Shown one piece after another: positions 40,501 to 63,107 of a DNA stretch of 64,000 bases. Every line of letters begins with the position of its first letter. Position 1 is the stretch's first letter. Below the pieces are notes generated by a model, which saw nothing but the letters and a program-made list of their open reading frames with translations, was not told where the DNA came from and did no database searches. The position numbers and the translations under genes are program-made. Source of the DNA: the human T2T-CHM13v2.0 reference genome, Homo sapiens; NCBI RefSeq assembly GCF_009914755.1, contig NC_060937.1. The stretch is one strand, 5' to 3'.

Positions 40501-42800
40501 TACCACATGCCACAAAACACTCCAAATATCCACTTGCAGATTCTACAAAAACAGTGTTTCCAAACTGCTCAATCAAAAGTAAGTTTCAGCTCTGTGAGAT
40601 GAACGCAAATATCACAAAGTAATTTCCTTTTCCACCATAGGCCTCACAGCATTCCAAATGTCCATTGCGGATTCCACAAAAAGAGATTTTCAAAACTGCT
40701 CAATCAAAAGAAAGGTTTAACTCTGTGAGATGAAAGCACACATCACAAAGAAGTTTCTCAGATTGCTTCTGTCTAGGTTTTATGTGAAGATATTTCCTTT
40801 TCTACCATAGGCTGCAAAGCGCTCCATATGTCCACTTGCAGGTTCTACAAAGGATTGTTTCCAAACTGCTCAGTCAAAGGAAATGTTCAACTCTGTTAGA
40901 TGAACACACCCATCACAAAGATGTTTCTCAGAATTCCTCTGTCTAGTTTTTATGTGAAGATATTTCCTTTTCCACTATATGACCCAAAGCGATCCAAATG
41001 TCCACTTGAAGAGTATACAATAAGAGAGTTTCAAAACTGCTCAATCAAAAGAATGGTATAACTCTATGAGATGAATTCACATCTCACAAAGAAGTTTCGC
41101 AGATTGCTTCTGTCTAGATTTTATGTGAAGATATTTCCTTTTCTACCGTAGGTCACAAAGCGCTCCAAATGTCCACTTGCAGATTCTACAAAATCAGTAT
41201 TTCCAAACTGCTCAACCAAAAGAAAGGTTCCACTCTGTGAGATGAATGCATGCATCACAAAGAAGTTTCTCAGCATGCTTCTGTCTAGTTTTTATGTGAA
41301 GATATTTCCTTTTCCACTATAGGCCTCATAGTGCTCCAAATGTCCACTTGCAGATTATACAAAAAGAGAGTTTCAAAACTGCTCAATCAAAAGAAAGGTT
41401 TATCTCTTTGAGATGAATGCACACATCACAAAGAAGTTTCTCAGATTGCTTCTGTGTAGATTTTAGTTGAAGATATTTCATTTTCTACCAAAGGCCGCAA
41501 AGCGCTCCAAATTGTCCACTTGCAGATTTTACAAAAAGAGTGTTTCCAAAGTGTTCAATCAAAAGAAATGTTCAACTTTGTGAGATGAACGCACACATCA
41601 TAAAGAAATTTCTCAGAATGCTTCCGTCTAGATTGTATGTGAAGATATTTCCTTTTCTAACATAGGCCCAAAAGCGCCCCAAATGTCCATTTGCCGATGC
41701 TATAAAAAGAGTGTTTCCAAACTGCTCAATCAAAAGAAAGTTCAACTCTGTGAGATGAACGCACACATAACAAAGAAGTTTCTCAGAATTCTTCTGTCTA
41801 GTTTTTATGTGAAGTTATTTCCTTTTCCACCAAAGGCCTCAAAGGGCTCCAAATGTCCACTTGCAGATTCTACAAAAAGAGAGTTTCAAAACTGCTCAAT
41901 CAGAAGAAAGGTTTATCTCTGTGAGATGAAAGCACACATCACAAAGAAGTTTCTCAGATTGCTTCTGTTTAGGTTTTTTATGAAGTTATTTCCTTTTCTA
42001 CCATTGGCTGCAAAGCGCTCCAAATGTCCACTTGCAGATTCTACAAATGATTTTTTCCAAACTGCCGAATCAAAAGAAATGTTCATCTCTGTGAGATGAA
42101 CACACACATCACAAAGAAATTTGTCAGAATTCTTCTGTAAAGTTTTTATGTGAAGATATTTCCTTTTCCACCATAGGCCCCAAAGCACCCCAAATCTCCA
42201 CTTGCAGTTTCTGCAAAAAGAGAGTTTCAAAACTACTAAATCAAAAGAAAAGTTTAACTCTCTGAGATGAAAGCACACATCAAAAATAAGTTTCTCAGAT
42301 TGCTTCTCTCTAGATTTTATGTGAAGATATTTCCTTTTCTACCATAAGATGCAAAGCGTTCCAATTGTCCATTGCAGATTCTACAAAAAGAATGTTTCCA
42401 AACTGCTCAATCAAAAGAAAGTTTCAAATCTGTGAGATGAACACATACATCACAAAGAAGTTTCTCAGAATTTTTCTGTCTATTATTTATGTGAAAATAT
42501 TAACTTTTCCACCATAGGCCACAAAGCGCTCCAAATGTCCACTTGCAGATTCTACAAAGAGAGGGTTTCTCAATCAAGAGAAAGTTTTAACTCTGTGAGA
42601 TGAATGCACACATCACAAAGAAGTATCTCAGATTGCTTCTGTCTAGATTTTATGTGAAGATATTTCCTTTTCTACCACAAGATGCAAAGTGCTACAAATG
42701 TACGCTTGCAGATGCTACAAAAAGTGAGTTTCGAAACTGCTCAATCAAATAAAGTTTTAACTCTGTAAGATGAATGTACACATCACAAAGAAGTTCCTCA

Positions 42801-46342
<3,542 letters not shown>

Positions 46343-46600
46343 AAACAAGTTTTTCAGATTGCTTCTGTCTAGACTTTATGTGAAGATATATCCTTTTCTA
46401 CCATAGCCACAAAGCCCTCCAAATGTCCACTTGCTGATTCTACAAAAAGAGATTCCAAACTTCTCAATCAAAAGAAAGATTCAACTCTGTGACATGAACG
46501 CACACATCACAGAGAAGTTTCTCAGAATTCTTTTGTCTAGTTGTTATGTGAAGATATTTCCTTTTCCACCATAGGCCTCAAATCGCTCCAAATGTCCACT

Positions 46601-51370
<4,770 letters not shown>

Positions 51371-53049
51371 GGACAGAAACACTCTGACAAACTTCTTTGT
51401 GATGTGTGCCTTCATCTCACGGAGTTGAACATTTCTGTTGATTGAGCAGTTTTAAAACACTATTTTTGTAGATTCTATAAGTGTACAATTGGAGCGCTTT
51501 GAGGACTATGGTGGAAAAGGAAATATCTTCACATAAAAATTAGACAGAAGCATTCTGACAAACTGCCTTGTGATGTGTGCATTCATCTCACAGAGTTGAA
51601 CATTTCTTTTGATTGAACAGCTTTGAAACACTCTTTTTGTACAATCTGCAAGTGGACATTTGGAGCACTTTGAGACCCATGGTGGAGAAGGAAATATCTT
51701 CACATAAAAACGAGAAAAAAGAATTCTGAGAAACTCCTTTGTGTTGAGTGTGTTAATCTCACACAGTTGAGCCTTTCTTTTTATTGAGCAGTTTGGAAAC
51801 ACTCTTTTGGTAGAACCTGCAAGTGGACATTTGGAACAATTTCAGGCATATGGTGAAAAAGGAAATATATTCACATAAAAACTAGACAGAAGCGTTCTGA
51901 CAAACTTCTATGTGATATGTGCATTCATCTCACCGTGGTGAAACTTTGTTTTGATTGAGCAGCTTTGAAACACTCTTTTTGTAGTATATGCAAGTGGACA
52001 TTTGGAGCGCTTTGAGGCCTATAGTGGATAACCAAATATATTCATATAATAACTAGACAGAAGCATTTTGAGAAACTTCTTTGTGATGTGTGAATTCATC
52101 TCACACTGATTTGAACCTTTCTTTTGATTGATCATCTTTGAAACACTCTTTTTGTAGAATCAGCAAGTGGATATTTGGAGCGCTTTGAGGCCTATGGTGG
52201 AAAAGGAAATATCTACACATAAAAACCAGACAGAAGCATTCTGACAAACTTCTTTGTGATGTGTGCATTCATCTCACAGAATTGAACCTTACTTTTCATT
52301 GAGCAGTTTTGAAACACTCTTTCTGTAGAATCTGCTAGTGAGCAATTGGAGGACTTTGAGTCCTATTGAGGAAAAGGAAATGTCTTCATATAAAAACTAG
52401 AAAGAAGCCTGCTGAGAAGCTTCTTTGTGATGTGCGCATTCATCTCACAGGGTTAAACCTTGCTTTTCATTGAGAAGCTTTGAAACACTCTTTTTGTAGA
52501 ATCTACAAGTGGACATTTGGAGCACTATGAGGCCTATGGTGGAAAAGGAAATATCTTCACATAAAAACTAGACAGACTATTCTCACAAACTTTGTGTTGT
52601 GTGCATTCATCTCACAGAGTTGAACCTTACTTTTCATTGAGAAGTTTTGAAACACTCTTTTTGTAGTATCTGCAAGTGGACATTTGGAGCGCTTTGAGGC
52701 CTATGGTGGAAAAGTAAATATCTTCAGGTAAAAAGTAGACAGATGCATTCTGAGAAACTACTTTGTGATGTGTGCATTCATCTCACAGAGTTGAACCTTT
52801 CTTTTGATTGAACAACTTTGAAACACTCTTTTTGTAGAATCTGCAAGTGGACATTTGGAGAGCTTTGAGGCCTATGGTGGAAAAGGAAAAATCTTCACAT
52901 AAAAACTAGACAGAAGCATTCTGACAAACTTCTTTGTGATGTGTGCACTCATCTCACAGAGTTGAACCTTATTTTTCATTGAGCAGTTTTGAAATACTCT
53001 CTTTGTAGAATCTGCAAGTGGACATTTCGTGCGCTTTGAGGCCTATGGT

Positions 53050-54560
53050 GGAAAAGGAATTATCTTCACATAAAAACTAGACAGAAGCATTCTGACAACC
53101 TTCTTTGTGATATGTGCATTCATCTCACAGAGTTGAACCTTACTTTCGATTGAGCAGTTTTGAAACACTCTCTTTGTAGAATCTGCAAGTGGACATTTGC
53201 TGCACTTTGAGGCCTATGGTGGATAACAAAATATCTTCATATAATAACTAGATGGAAGCATTATGAAAAACTCCTTTATGATGTGTGCTTGCATCTTACA
53301 GAGTGGAACCTTTCTTTTGATTGAGCAGCTCTGAAACACTCTTTTTGTAGCATCTGCAATTGGACATTTGGAGTGCGTTGAGGCCTTTGGTGGAAAAGGA
53401 AATATCTGCACATAAAAACCAGAAAGAAGCTTTCTGACAAACTCCTTTGTGATGTGTGAATTCATCTCACAGAATTGAACCTTACTTTTGATTGAGCAGT
53501 TTTGAAACACCCGTTTTGTAGTATCTACAAGTGGACATTTGGAGTGCTTTGAGGCCTATGGTGGAAAAGGAAATATTTTCACATAAGAACTAGGCAGAAG
53601 GATTCTGAGAAATTCCTTTTTGATGTGTGCATTCATCTCACAGAGTTGAACCTTACTTTCGATTAAGCAGTTTTGAAACACTCTTTTTTGTAGAATCTGC
53701 AAGTGGACATTTGCTGCACTTTGAGGCCTATGGTGGTTAATGAAATATCTTCATATAATAACTAGACAGAAGCATTATGCCAAACTTCTTTATGATGTGT
53801 GCATTCGTCTCACAGAGTGGAACCTTTCTTTTGATTGAGAAGCTCAGACACACTCTTTTTGTAGCATCTGCAGTTGGACATTTGGAGCGCTTTGAGGCCT
53901 TTGGTGGAAAAAGGAAATATCTTCACATAAAAACCAGAAAGAAGCTTTCTGACAAACTTCTTTGTGATGTGTGCCTTCAGCTCACAGAGTTGAACCTTTC
54001 TTTTGATTGAGCAATTTGGAAACCCTCTTTTTGTAGAATCTGCAAGTGGACATTTGGAGTGCTTTGAGGCCTATGGTGGAAAAGGAAATATCTTCACATA
54101 AGAACTAGGCAGAAAGATTCTGAGAAATTCCTTTGTGATGTGTGCATTCATCTCACAGAGTTGAACCTTACTTTCGATTGAGCAGTTTTGAAACACTCTT
54201 TTTTGTAGAATCTGCAAGTGGACATTTGCTGCACTTTGAGGCCTATGGTGGTTAATGAAATATCTTCATATAACAACTAGACAGAAGCATTATGACAAAC
54301 TTCTTTGTGATGTGTGCATTCGTCTCACAGAGTGGAAACTTTCTTTTGATTGAGCAGCTCTGAAACACTCTTTTTGTATAATCTGCAATTGGATATTTGG
54401 AGTGCTTTGAGGCCTTTGGTGGAAAAGGAAATATCATCACATAAAAACCAGACAGAAGCATTCTGACAAACTCCTTTGTGATGCGTGCATTCATCTCATG
54501 GAATTGAACCTTACTTTTCATTGAGCAGTTTTGAAGCACTCTTTTTGTAGAATCTACAAG
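53050..54560 (+). repeat. Local 3-monomer (~514 bp) tandem repeat, about 3 copies
   Basis: Private variant tttgctgcac at 53196, 53710 and 54225. Confidence 0.85.
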
Positions 54561-56460
54561 TGGACATTTGGAGCACTTGAGAGCTATGGTTGAAAAGGAG
54601 ATATCTTCACATAAAAACTAGACAGAAGCATTCTGACAAACTTCTTTGTAATGTGTGCATTCACATCACAGAGTTGAACCTTACCTTCAATTGAGCTGTT
54701 TCAAAACACTCTTTTTGTAGAATCTGCAAGTGGACATTTGAAGCACTTGAGGCCTATGTTGGAAAAGGAAATATCTCCACATAAAAATTAGACAAAAGCA
54801 TTCTGACAAACTTCTTTGTGATGTGTACATTCATGTCACAGAGTTGAACCTTACTTTTGATTGAGCAGTTTTGAAGCACCCTTTTGGTAATATCCACAAG
54901 TGGACATTTGGAGTGCTTTGAGACCTTTGGTGGAAAAAGAAATATCTTCACATAAGAACTAAACAGAAGCATTCTGACAAATTTCTCTGCGATGGGTGCA
55001 TTCATCTCACAGATTTGAACTTTATTTTGATTAAGCAGCTTTGAAACACTGTTTTTGTAAAATCTGCAAGTGGACATTAGGAGCACTTTGAGGCCTATGT
55101 TGGATAACGAAATATCTTGACGTAAAAACTAGATAGACGCATTCTGACATACATCTTTGTGATGTGTGCATTAATCTCTCAGAGTTGAAACTTAATTTTC
55201 ATTCAGAAGTTTTGAAATACTCTTTTTGTACTATCTGCAAGTGGACATTTGGAGCGCTTTGAGGCCTATGGTGGAAAAGTAAATATCTTCACATAAAAAC
55301 TAGACAGAAGCATTCTGACAAACTTCTTTGTGATGTGTGCATTTATCTCACAGAGTTGAACCTTACCTTTCATTCAGCAGTTCTGAAACACTCTTTTTGT
55401 TGAATCTGCATTTGGACATTTGGAGAACTTTGAGGCCAATGGTGGAAAAGGAAATATCTTCACATAAAAACTAGACAGAAGCATTGTGACAACCTTCTTT
55501 GTGACATGCGCATTCATCTCACAGAGTTGAACCTTACTTTTGATTGAGCAGTTTTGAAACACCCTTTTTGTAATGTCTGCAACTGGACATTTGGAGTGCT
55601 TTGAGGCCTATGGTGGAAAAGGAAATATCTTCACATAAAAACCAGACAGAAGCATTCTCACAAACTTCTTTGTGATGTGTGCATTTATCTCGCAGAGCTG
55701 GACCTTTCTTTTGATTGAGCAGCTTTGAAACACTCTTTTTGTAGAATCTGCAATTGGACATTTGGATCACTTTGAGGCCTATGGTGGAAAAGGAAATATC
55801 TTCAGATAAAAACTAGACAGAAGCATTTTGAAAAACTTCTTTGTGACGTTTGCATTCATCTCACTGACTTGAACCTTTCTTTTGATTGAGCAGTTTTGAA
55901 AAAGTATTTTATAGAATCTGCATGTGGACATTTGGAGCGCTTTGAGGCCTATGGTAGAAAAGAAAATATCTTCACATGAAAACTACACAGAAGAATTCTG
56001 ACAAACTTCTTTGTGATGTGTGCATTCATCTCACAGAGTTGAACCTTTCTTTTGATTGAGCAGCTTTGAAACACCCTATTTGTAAAATCTGCAAGTGAAC
56101 ATTTGGTGCGCTTTGAGGTCTCTGGTGGAAAAGAAAATATCTTCACATACAAACTAGACAGAAGCATTCTGACAAACTACTTTGTGATTTGTGCATTCAT
56201 CTCACAGAGTTGAACCTTTCTTTTGATTCAGCGGGTTTGAAACACCCTTTTTGTAGAATCTGCAAGTGAACATTTGGAGCACTTTGAGGCTGATGGTGGA
56301 AAAGGAAATATCTTCACATAAAAACTAAACAGACGTATTCTGACAACCTTCTTTGTGATGTGTACATTCATCTCACAGAGTTGAAACTTACTTTTGATTG
56401 AGCAGTTTTGAAACATCCTTTTTGTGCTATCTGCAAGTGGACATTTGGAGTGCTTTGAGT

Positions 56461-57690
56461 CCTATGGTGGAAAAGGAAATATCTTCACATAAGAACTAGA
56501 CAGAAGCATTCTGAGAAATTTCTTTGTGATGTGTGCAATCATCTCACACAGTTGAACCTTACTTTTGATTGTCCAGTTTTGAAAAACTCTTTTTGTAGAA
56601 TCTGAAAGTGGACATTTGGAGAGCTTTGAGGCCTATGATGGATAACGAAATATCTTCATATAATAAATAGAGAGAAGCATTATGTTAAACTTTTTGTGAT
56701 GTCTGCATACATCTCACAAAGAGTTGAAACTTTCTTTTGATTGAGCAGCTTTGCAACATTCTTTTTGTGGAATCTGCAAGTGGACATTTGGAGTGCTTTG
56801 AGACCTATGGTGGATAACGAAATATGTTCACATAAAAATTGGACAGAAGCATTCTGAGAAACTTCTTTGTGATGTGTGCATTCATCTCACAGAGTTGAAC
56901 CTCCCTTTTGATTGAGCACTTTGGAAGCACTCTTTCTGTAAAATCTGCAAGTGGACAATTGGAGTGCTTTGAGGCCTATGGTGGAAAAGGAAATATCTTC
57001 ACATAAGAACTAGACAGAAACATTCTGAGAAATTTCTTTGTGATGTGTGCAATCATCTCACAGAGTTGAACCTTACTTTTGATTGTCTAGTTTTGAAAAA
57101 CTCTTTTTGTAGAATCTGAAAGTGGACATTTGGAGCGCTTTGAGTCCTATGATGGATAACAAAATATCTTCATATAATAAATAGAGAGAAGCATTATGAT
57201 AAACTTTTTGTGATGTCTGCATACATCTCACAAGGAGTTGAAACTTTCTTTTGATTGAGAAGCTTTGCAACATTCTTTTTGTAGAATCTGCAAGTGGACA
57301 TTTGGAGTGCTTTGAGGCCTATGGTGGATAACGAAATATGTTCACATAAAAATTGGACAGAAGCATTCTGAGAAACTTCTTTGTGATGTGCGCATTCATC
57401 TCACAGAGTTGAACCTCCCTTTTGATTGAGCACTTTGGAAGCACTCTTTCTGTAAAATCTGCAAGTGGACAATTGGAGTGCTTTGAGGTCTATGGTGGAA
57501 AACGAAATATCTTCACATAAAAATTGGACAGAAGCATTCTGAGAAACTTCTTTGTGACGTGTGCATTCATCTCACAGAGTTGAACCTCCCTTTTGATTGA
57601 GCACTTTCGAAGCACTCTTTCTGTAAAATCTGCAAGTGGACAATTGGAGTGCTTTGAGGCCTATGGTGGAAAAGGAAATATCTTCACTTA
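56461..57690 (+). repeat. 514-bp 3-monomer duplication plus one extra monomer (ABC-ABC-C)
   Basis: taataaatag at 56661 and 57175; aattggacag at 56837, 57351 and 57522. Confidence 0.9.
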
Positions 57691-59415
57691 AAAACTAGAC
57701 AGAAGCATTCTGACAAACTTCTTTGTGATGTGTGCATTCATCTCACAAAGAATTGAAACTTTCTTTGATTCAGGAGCTTTGAAACACTCTTTTTGTAGAA
57801 TCTGCAAGTGTACATTTGGAGCGCTTTGAGGCCTATGGTGGAAAAGGGGACATCTTCACATATAGAACAGACAGAAGCATTCTGACAAACTTCTTTTTGA
57901 TGTGTGCGTTCAACTCACAGATTTGAACCTTACTTTTCATTGAGCAGATATGAAACACTCCTTTTGTAGAATCTGCAAGTGGACAATTGGACCGCTTTGT
58001 GGCCTATGGTGGAAAAGGATATATCGTCACATAAAAACTAGACAGAAATCTTCTGACAAACTTCTTTGTTATGTGTGCATTCATCTTTCAGAGTTGAACC
58101 TTTCTTTTGATTGAGCAACTTTGAAACACTGTTTTTGTAGAATCTGCAAGTAGTCATTTGGAGCGCTTTGGGGCCTATGGCAAAAAAGGAAATATCTTCA
58201 CATAAAAACTAGACAGAAGCATTCTGACAAACTTCTTTGTGATGTGTGCATTCATCTCACAGAGTTGAACCTTACTTTTCATTGAGCAATTTTGAAACAC
58301 TCTTTTTGGAGAATCTGTAAGTGGACATTTTGAGGGCTTTGACGCACATGGTGGAAAAGGAAATACCTTCACATAAAAACGAGACAGAAGCATTCTGACA
58401 AACTACTTTGTAATGTGTGCATTCATCTCTCAGAGCTGGACCTTTCTTTTGATTGAACAGCTTTGAAACACTCTTTTTGTAGAATCTGCAAGTGGACATT
58501 TGGAGCGCTTTGAGGCCTATGGTGGAAAAGGAAATATCTTCACAGAAAAACTAGACAGAAGCATTCTGACAAACTTCTTTGTGATGTGTGCATTCATCTC
58601 ACAAAGAATTGAAACTTTCTTTGATTCAGGAGCTTTGAAACACTCTTTTTGTAGAATCTGCAAGTGTACATTTGGAGCGCTTTGAGGCCTATGGTGGAAA
58701 AGGGAACATCTTCACATATAGAACAGACAGAAGCATTCTGACAAACTTCTTTTCGATGTGTGCGTTCAACTCACAGATTTGAACCTTACTTTTCATTGAG
58801 CAGATATGAAACACTCTTTTTGTAGAATCTGCAAGTGGACAATTGGACCGCTTTGTGGCCTATGGTGGAAAAGGATATATCGTCACATAAAAACTAGACA
58901 GAAATCTTCTGACAAACTTCTTTGTTATGTGTGCATTCATCTTTCAGAGTTGAACCTTTCTTTTGATTGAGCAACTTTGAAACACTGTTTTTGTAGAATC
59001 TGCAAGTGTCATTTGGAGCGCTTTGGGGCCTATGGCAAAAAAGGAAATATCTTCACATAAAAACTAGACAGAAGCATTCTGACAAACTTCTTTGCGATGT
59101 GTGCATTCATCTCACAGAGTTGAACCTTACTTTTCATTGAGCAATTTTGAAACACTCTTTTTGGAGAATCTGTAAGTGGACATTTTGAGGGCTTTGACGC
59201 ACATGGTGGAAAAGGAAATACCTTCACATAAAAACGAGACAGAAGCATTCTGACAAACTACTTTGTAATGTGTGCATTCATCTCTCAGAGCTGGACCTTT
59301 CTTTTGATTGAACAGCTTTGAAACACTCTTTTTGTAGAATCTGCAAGTGGACATTTGGAGCGCTTTGAGGTCTATGGTGGAAAAGGAAATATCTTCACAG
59401 AAAAACTAGACAGAA
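57691..59415 (+). repeat. 855/856-bp 5-monomer near-identical tandem duplication
   Basis: tctcacaaagaattg at 57741 and 58597. Near-identical ORF-track peptides are offset by 855. Confidence 0.95.
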
Positions 59416-59900
59416 GTATTTTGAAAAACTTCATTGTGACCTTTGCATTCATCTCACTGACGTGAACCTTTCTTTTGATTGAGCAGTTTTGAAAAACTCT
59501 TTTTGTAGGATCTGCATGTGGACATTTGGATCGCTTTGAGGCCTATGGAGGAAAAGAAAATATCTTCACCTAAAAACCATACAGAAGTATTCTGAGAAAC
59601 TTCTTTGTGATGTGTGCATTCATCTCACAGAGTTGAACCTTACTTTTCATTGAGCAATTTTGAAACACTCTTTTTGGAGAATCTGCAAGTGGACATTTGG
59701 AGGGCTTTGACGCACGTGGTGGAAAAGGAAATATCTTCACATAAAAACTAGACAGAAGCATTCTGACAACCTTCATTGTGATATGTGCATTCATCTAAGA
59801 GAGTTGAACCTTACTTTTGATTCAGCAGTTTTGAAACTCTCTTTTTGTAGAATCTGCAAGTGGACATTTGGAGCACTTTTAGACCTATGGTGGAAAAGGA

Positions 59901-62900
59901 AATATCTTCACATAAAAACTAGACAGAACAATTCTGAGAAACTTCTTTGGGATGTGTGCATTCATCTCACAGAGTAAAACATTCTTTTGATCCAGCAGTT
60001 TTGTAAGTATCTTTTTGTAGAATCTGCAAGTGGACATTTTGAGCCCTTTCAGGCCTATGGTGGAAAAGGAAATATCTACAAATTGAAACTCGGTAGAAGA
60101 ATTCTGAGAAACTCCTTTGTGATGCTTGCATTCATGTAACAGAGTTGAACCTTTCTTTATGATTGATCAGTTTGGAAACCCTCTTTTTTAGAATCTGCCA
60201 GCGGATATTTGGAGCGTTTTGCAGCCTATGGTGGAAAAGGAAATATCTTCACATGAAAACTAAATAGATGTATTCTGAGAAACTTCTATGTGATGTGTGC
60301 GTTCATCTCACAGAGTTGAACCTTTCTTTTGATTGAGCAGTTTGGAAACACTCTTTTTGTAGAATCTGCAAGTGGACGTATGGAATGCTTTGAAGCCTAT
60401 GGTAGAACAGGAAATATCTTCACATAAAATCTGAACAGAGGAATTCTGAGAGACTCCTTTGTGATGTTTGTATTCATCTTACAGAATTAAACCTTCCTTT
60501 TGAATGAGCAGATTTGAAACTGTCTTTTTGTAGAATCTGCAAGTGGACATTTTGAGCGCCTGGAGGCCTATGGTGGAAAAGAAAATGGCTTCACATGAAA
60601 ACTAGACAGAAGAATTCTGAGAAACTTCTTTCTTATGTGTGCGTTAATCTCACACAGTTGAACCTTTCTTTTGATTGAGCAGTTTCAAACACTCTTTTTG
60701 TAGAATCTGCAAGTGGACTTTTGGAGCACTTTGTGGCCTACGGTAGAAAAGGAAATATCGTCACATAAAATCTAGACAGAAGCAATCTGAGACTTCTTTG
60801 TGATGTGTGCATTCACCACACATTGTGTAACCTTTTCCTTGATTGAGCAGTTTTGAAACTCTTTTTGTAGAATCTACAAGTCTACATTTGGAGTGCTTTG
60901 AGGCCTATGGTAGAAAAGGAAATATCTTCACATAAAAACTAGTCAAAAGAATTCTGAGAAACTTCTTGTTGATGTGTGTGTTCACCTCACAGAGTTGAAC
61001 CGTTGTTTTGATTGAGCAGTTTGGAAACCCTCTTTTTGTAAAATCTGCATGTGGACATTTGGAGCGCTTTGAGGCCTATGGTGGAAAAGGAAGTATCTTC
61101 ACATAAAAACTAGACAGAAGAATTCTGAGAAACTTCTTTGTGATGTCTGCATTTATCTCACAGACTTGAACCTTTCTTTTGATTGAGCAGTTTGGAAACA
61201 CTCTTTTTGTAGAATCTGCAAGGGGACATTTGGAGCGGTTTACACCCTATGATAGAAAAGGAAATATCTTCACATAGAATATAGACAGAAGCAATCTGAG
61301 AAACTTATTTCTGATGTGTGAATTCATCTCACAGAGTTAAACATTTCTTTTGATTGAGCAGTTTGGAAACAATCTTTTTGAAGAATCTGCAAGTGAACAT
61401 TTGGAGAGCTTTGTGGCATATGATAGTAAAGGAAATATCTTCAAATAAAATTTAGAGGAAGAAATCTGAGAAATTGCTTTTGATGTGTGCATTCATGTCA
61501 CAGAATTAAAGCTTTCTTTTGATTAAGCAGTTTTGAAACTCTCTTTTTGTAGAATCTGCAAGTGGACATTTGGAAATCTTTGAGGCCTGTGTTAGAAAAA
61601 GGAAATATCATCACATAAAAACTAGATAGAAGCAATCTGAGAAACTTTGGTGTGACATGTGAATTCATCTCCCAGAGTTGAAACATTCTTTTGATGGAAC
61701 AGTGTTGATATACTCTTTTGGTAGAATCTGCAAGTGGACATTTCAAATTCATTGAGTCTTATGGTGGAAAAGGAAATATCTTTACATAAAAACTAGACAG
61801 AAAAATCCTGGGAAACTTCTTTGTGATGTGTGCATTCATCTCACAGAGTTGAACCTTTCTTTTGAATGAGCAGTTTGGAAACTCTCTTTTTGCAGAATCT
61901 TCAAGTGGACATTTGGAGCGCTTTGAAGCCTATGGTAGAAAAGGAAATATCTTCACATAAAATCTACACAGAAGCAATCTGAGAAACTTCTTTGTGATGT
62001 GTGCATTCATCACACCGTGTTAAACCTTTCTCTTGACTGAGGAGTTTTGAAACTTACTTTTTGTAGTATCTGCAAGTGGTCATTTGGAGCGCTTTGAGGA
62101 CTATGGTGGAAAAGGAAATATCTTCACATAAAAACCAGACAGAATAATTCTGAGAAACTTCTTTGTGATGAGTGAGTTCATCTCACAGAGTTGAACCTTT
62201 CTTTGATTGAGCAGTTTGGAAGCACTCTTTTTGTACAATCTGCAGGTGGATATTTGGAGCGCTATGCTGCCTATGGTAGAAAACGAAATATCTTCACATA
62301 AAATCAGGACAGAAGCAATCTGAGAAACATCCGTTTGATGTGTGCGTTAATCTCACAGAGTTAAATCTTTCTTTTGATTGAGCAGTTTCGAAACTCTCTT
62401 TTTGTAGAATCTGCAAGTGGACATTTGGAGCGCTTTTAGAACTATGGTGGAAAAGGAAATATCTTCACAAAAATCTAGACAGAAGACTTCTGAGAAACTT
62501 CTTTGTGATGTGTGTATTCATCTCACGGAGTTGAACCTTTCTTTTGATTGAACAGTTTTGAAATGCTCTTTTTGTAGAATCTTCAAGTCAGCATTTGGAG
62601 TGCTTTGAGGACCATAGTGGAAAAGGAACTATCTTCACATAGAAACTAGACAGAAGAATGCTGACAGACATCTTTTTGACGTTCGTTAATCTCACAAGGT
62701 TGAGCCTTTCTTTTGATTGAACAATTTGGAAAATCTCTTTTTGTTGAATCTGCATGTGGACATTTGGAGCGCTTTGAGGCCTATAGTGGAAAAGGAAGTA
62801 TCTTCACATAAAACTAGACAGAAGAATTCTGAGAAACTTCTTTGTGATGTGTGCGTTTATCTCACAGACTTGAACCTTTCTTTTGATTGAGCAGTTTGGA

Positions 62901-63107
62901 AACACTCTTTTTGTAGAATCTGCAAGGGGACGTTTGGAGCGGTTTGCGCCCTATGATAGAAAAGGAAATATCCTCACATAAAATATAGACAGAAGCAATC
63001 TGAGAAACTTGTTTCTCATGTTTGCATTCATCCACAGAGTTAAACGTTTCTTTTGATAGAGTAGTTTTGAAACACTCTTTTTGTAGAATCTGCAAGTGGA
63101 CATTTTT
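59901..63107 (+). repeat. Alpha satellite, layer C (dimeric) type, opposite orientation
   Basis: Alternating aatctagacagaagcaatctgag / aactagacagaagaattctgag and ggtagaaa / ggtggaaa. Confidence 0.88.

Larger units (their letters stand above)
51371..59900 (+). repeat. Alpha satellite, layer D type, opposite orientation
   Basis: Reads gacagaagcattctgacaaacttctttgtgatgtgtgc and ccttactttt, the reverse complement of the layer D signature. Confidence 0.92.
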
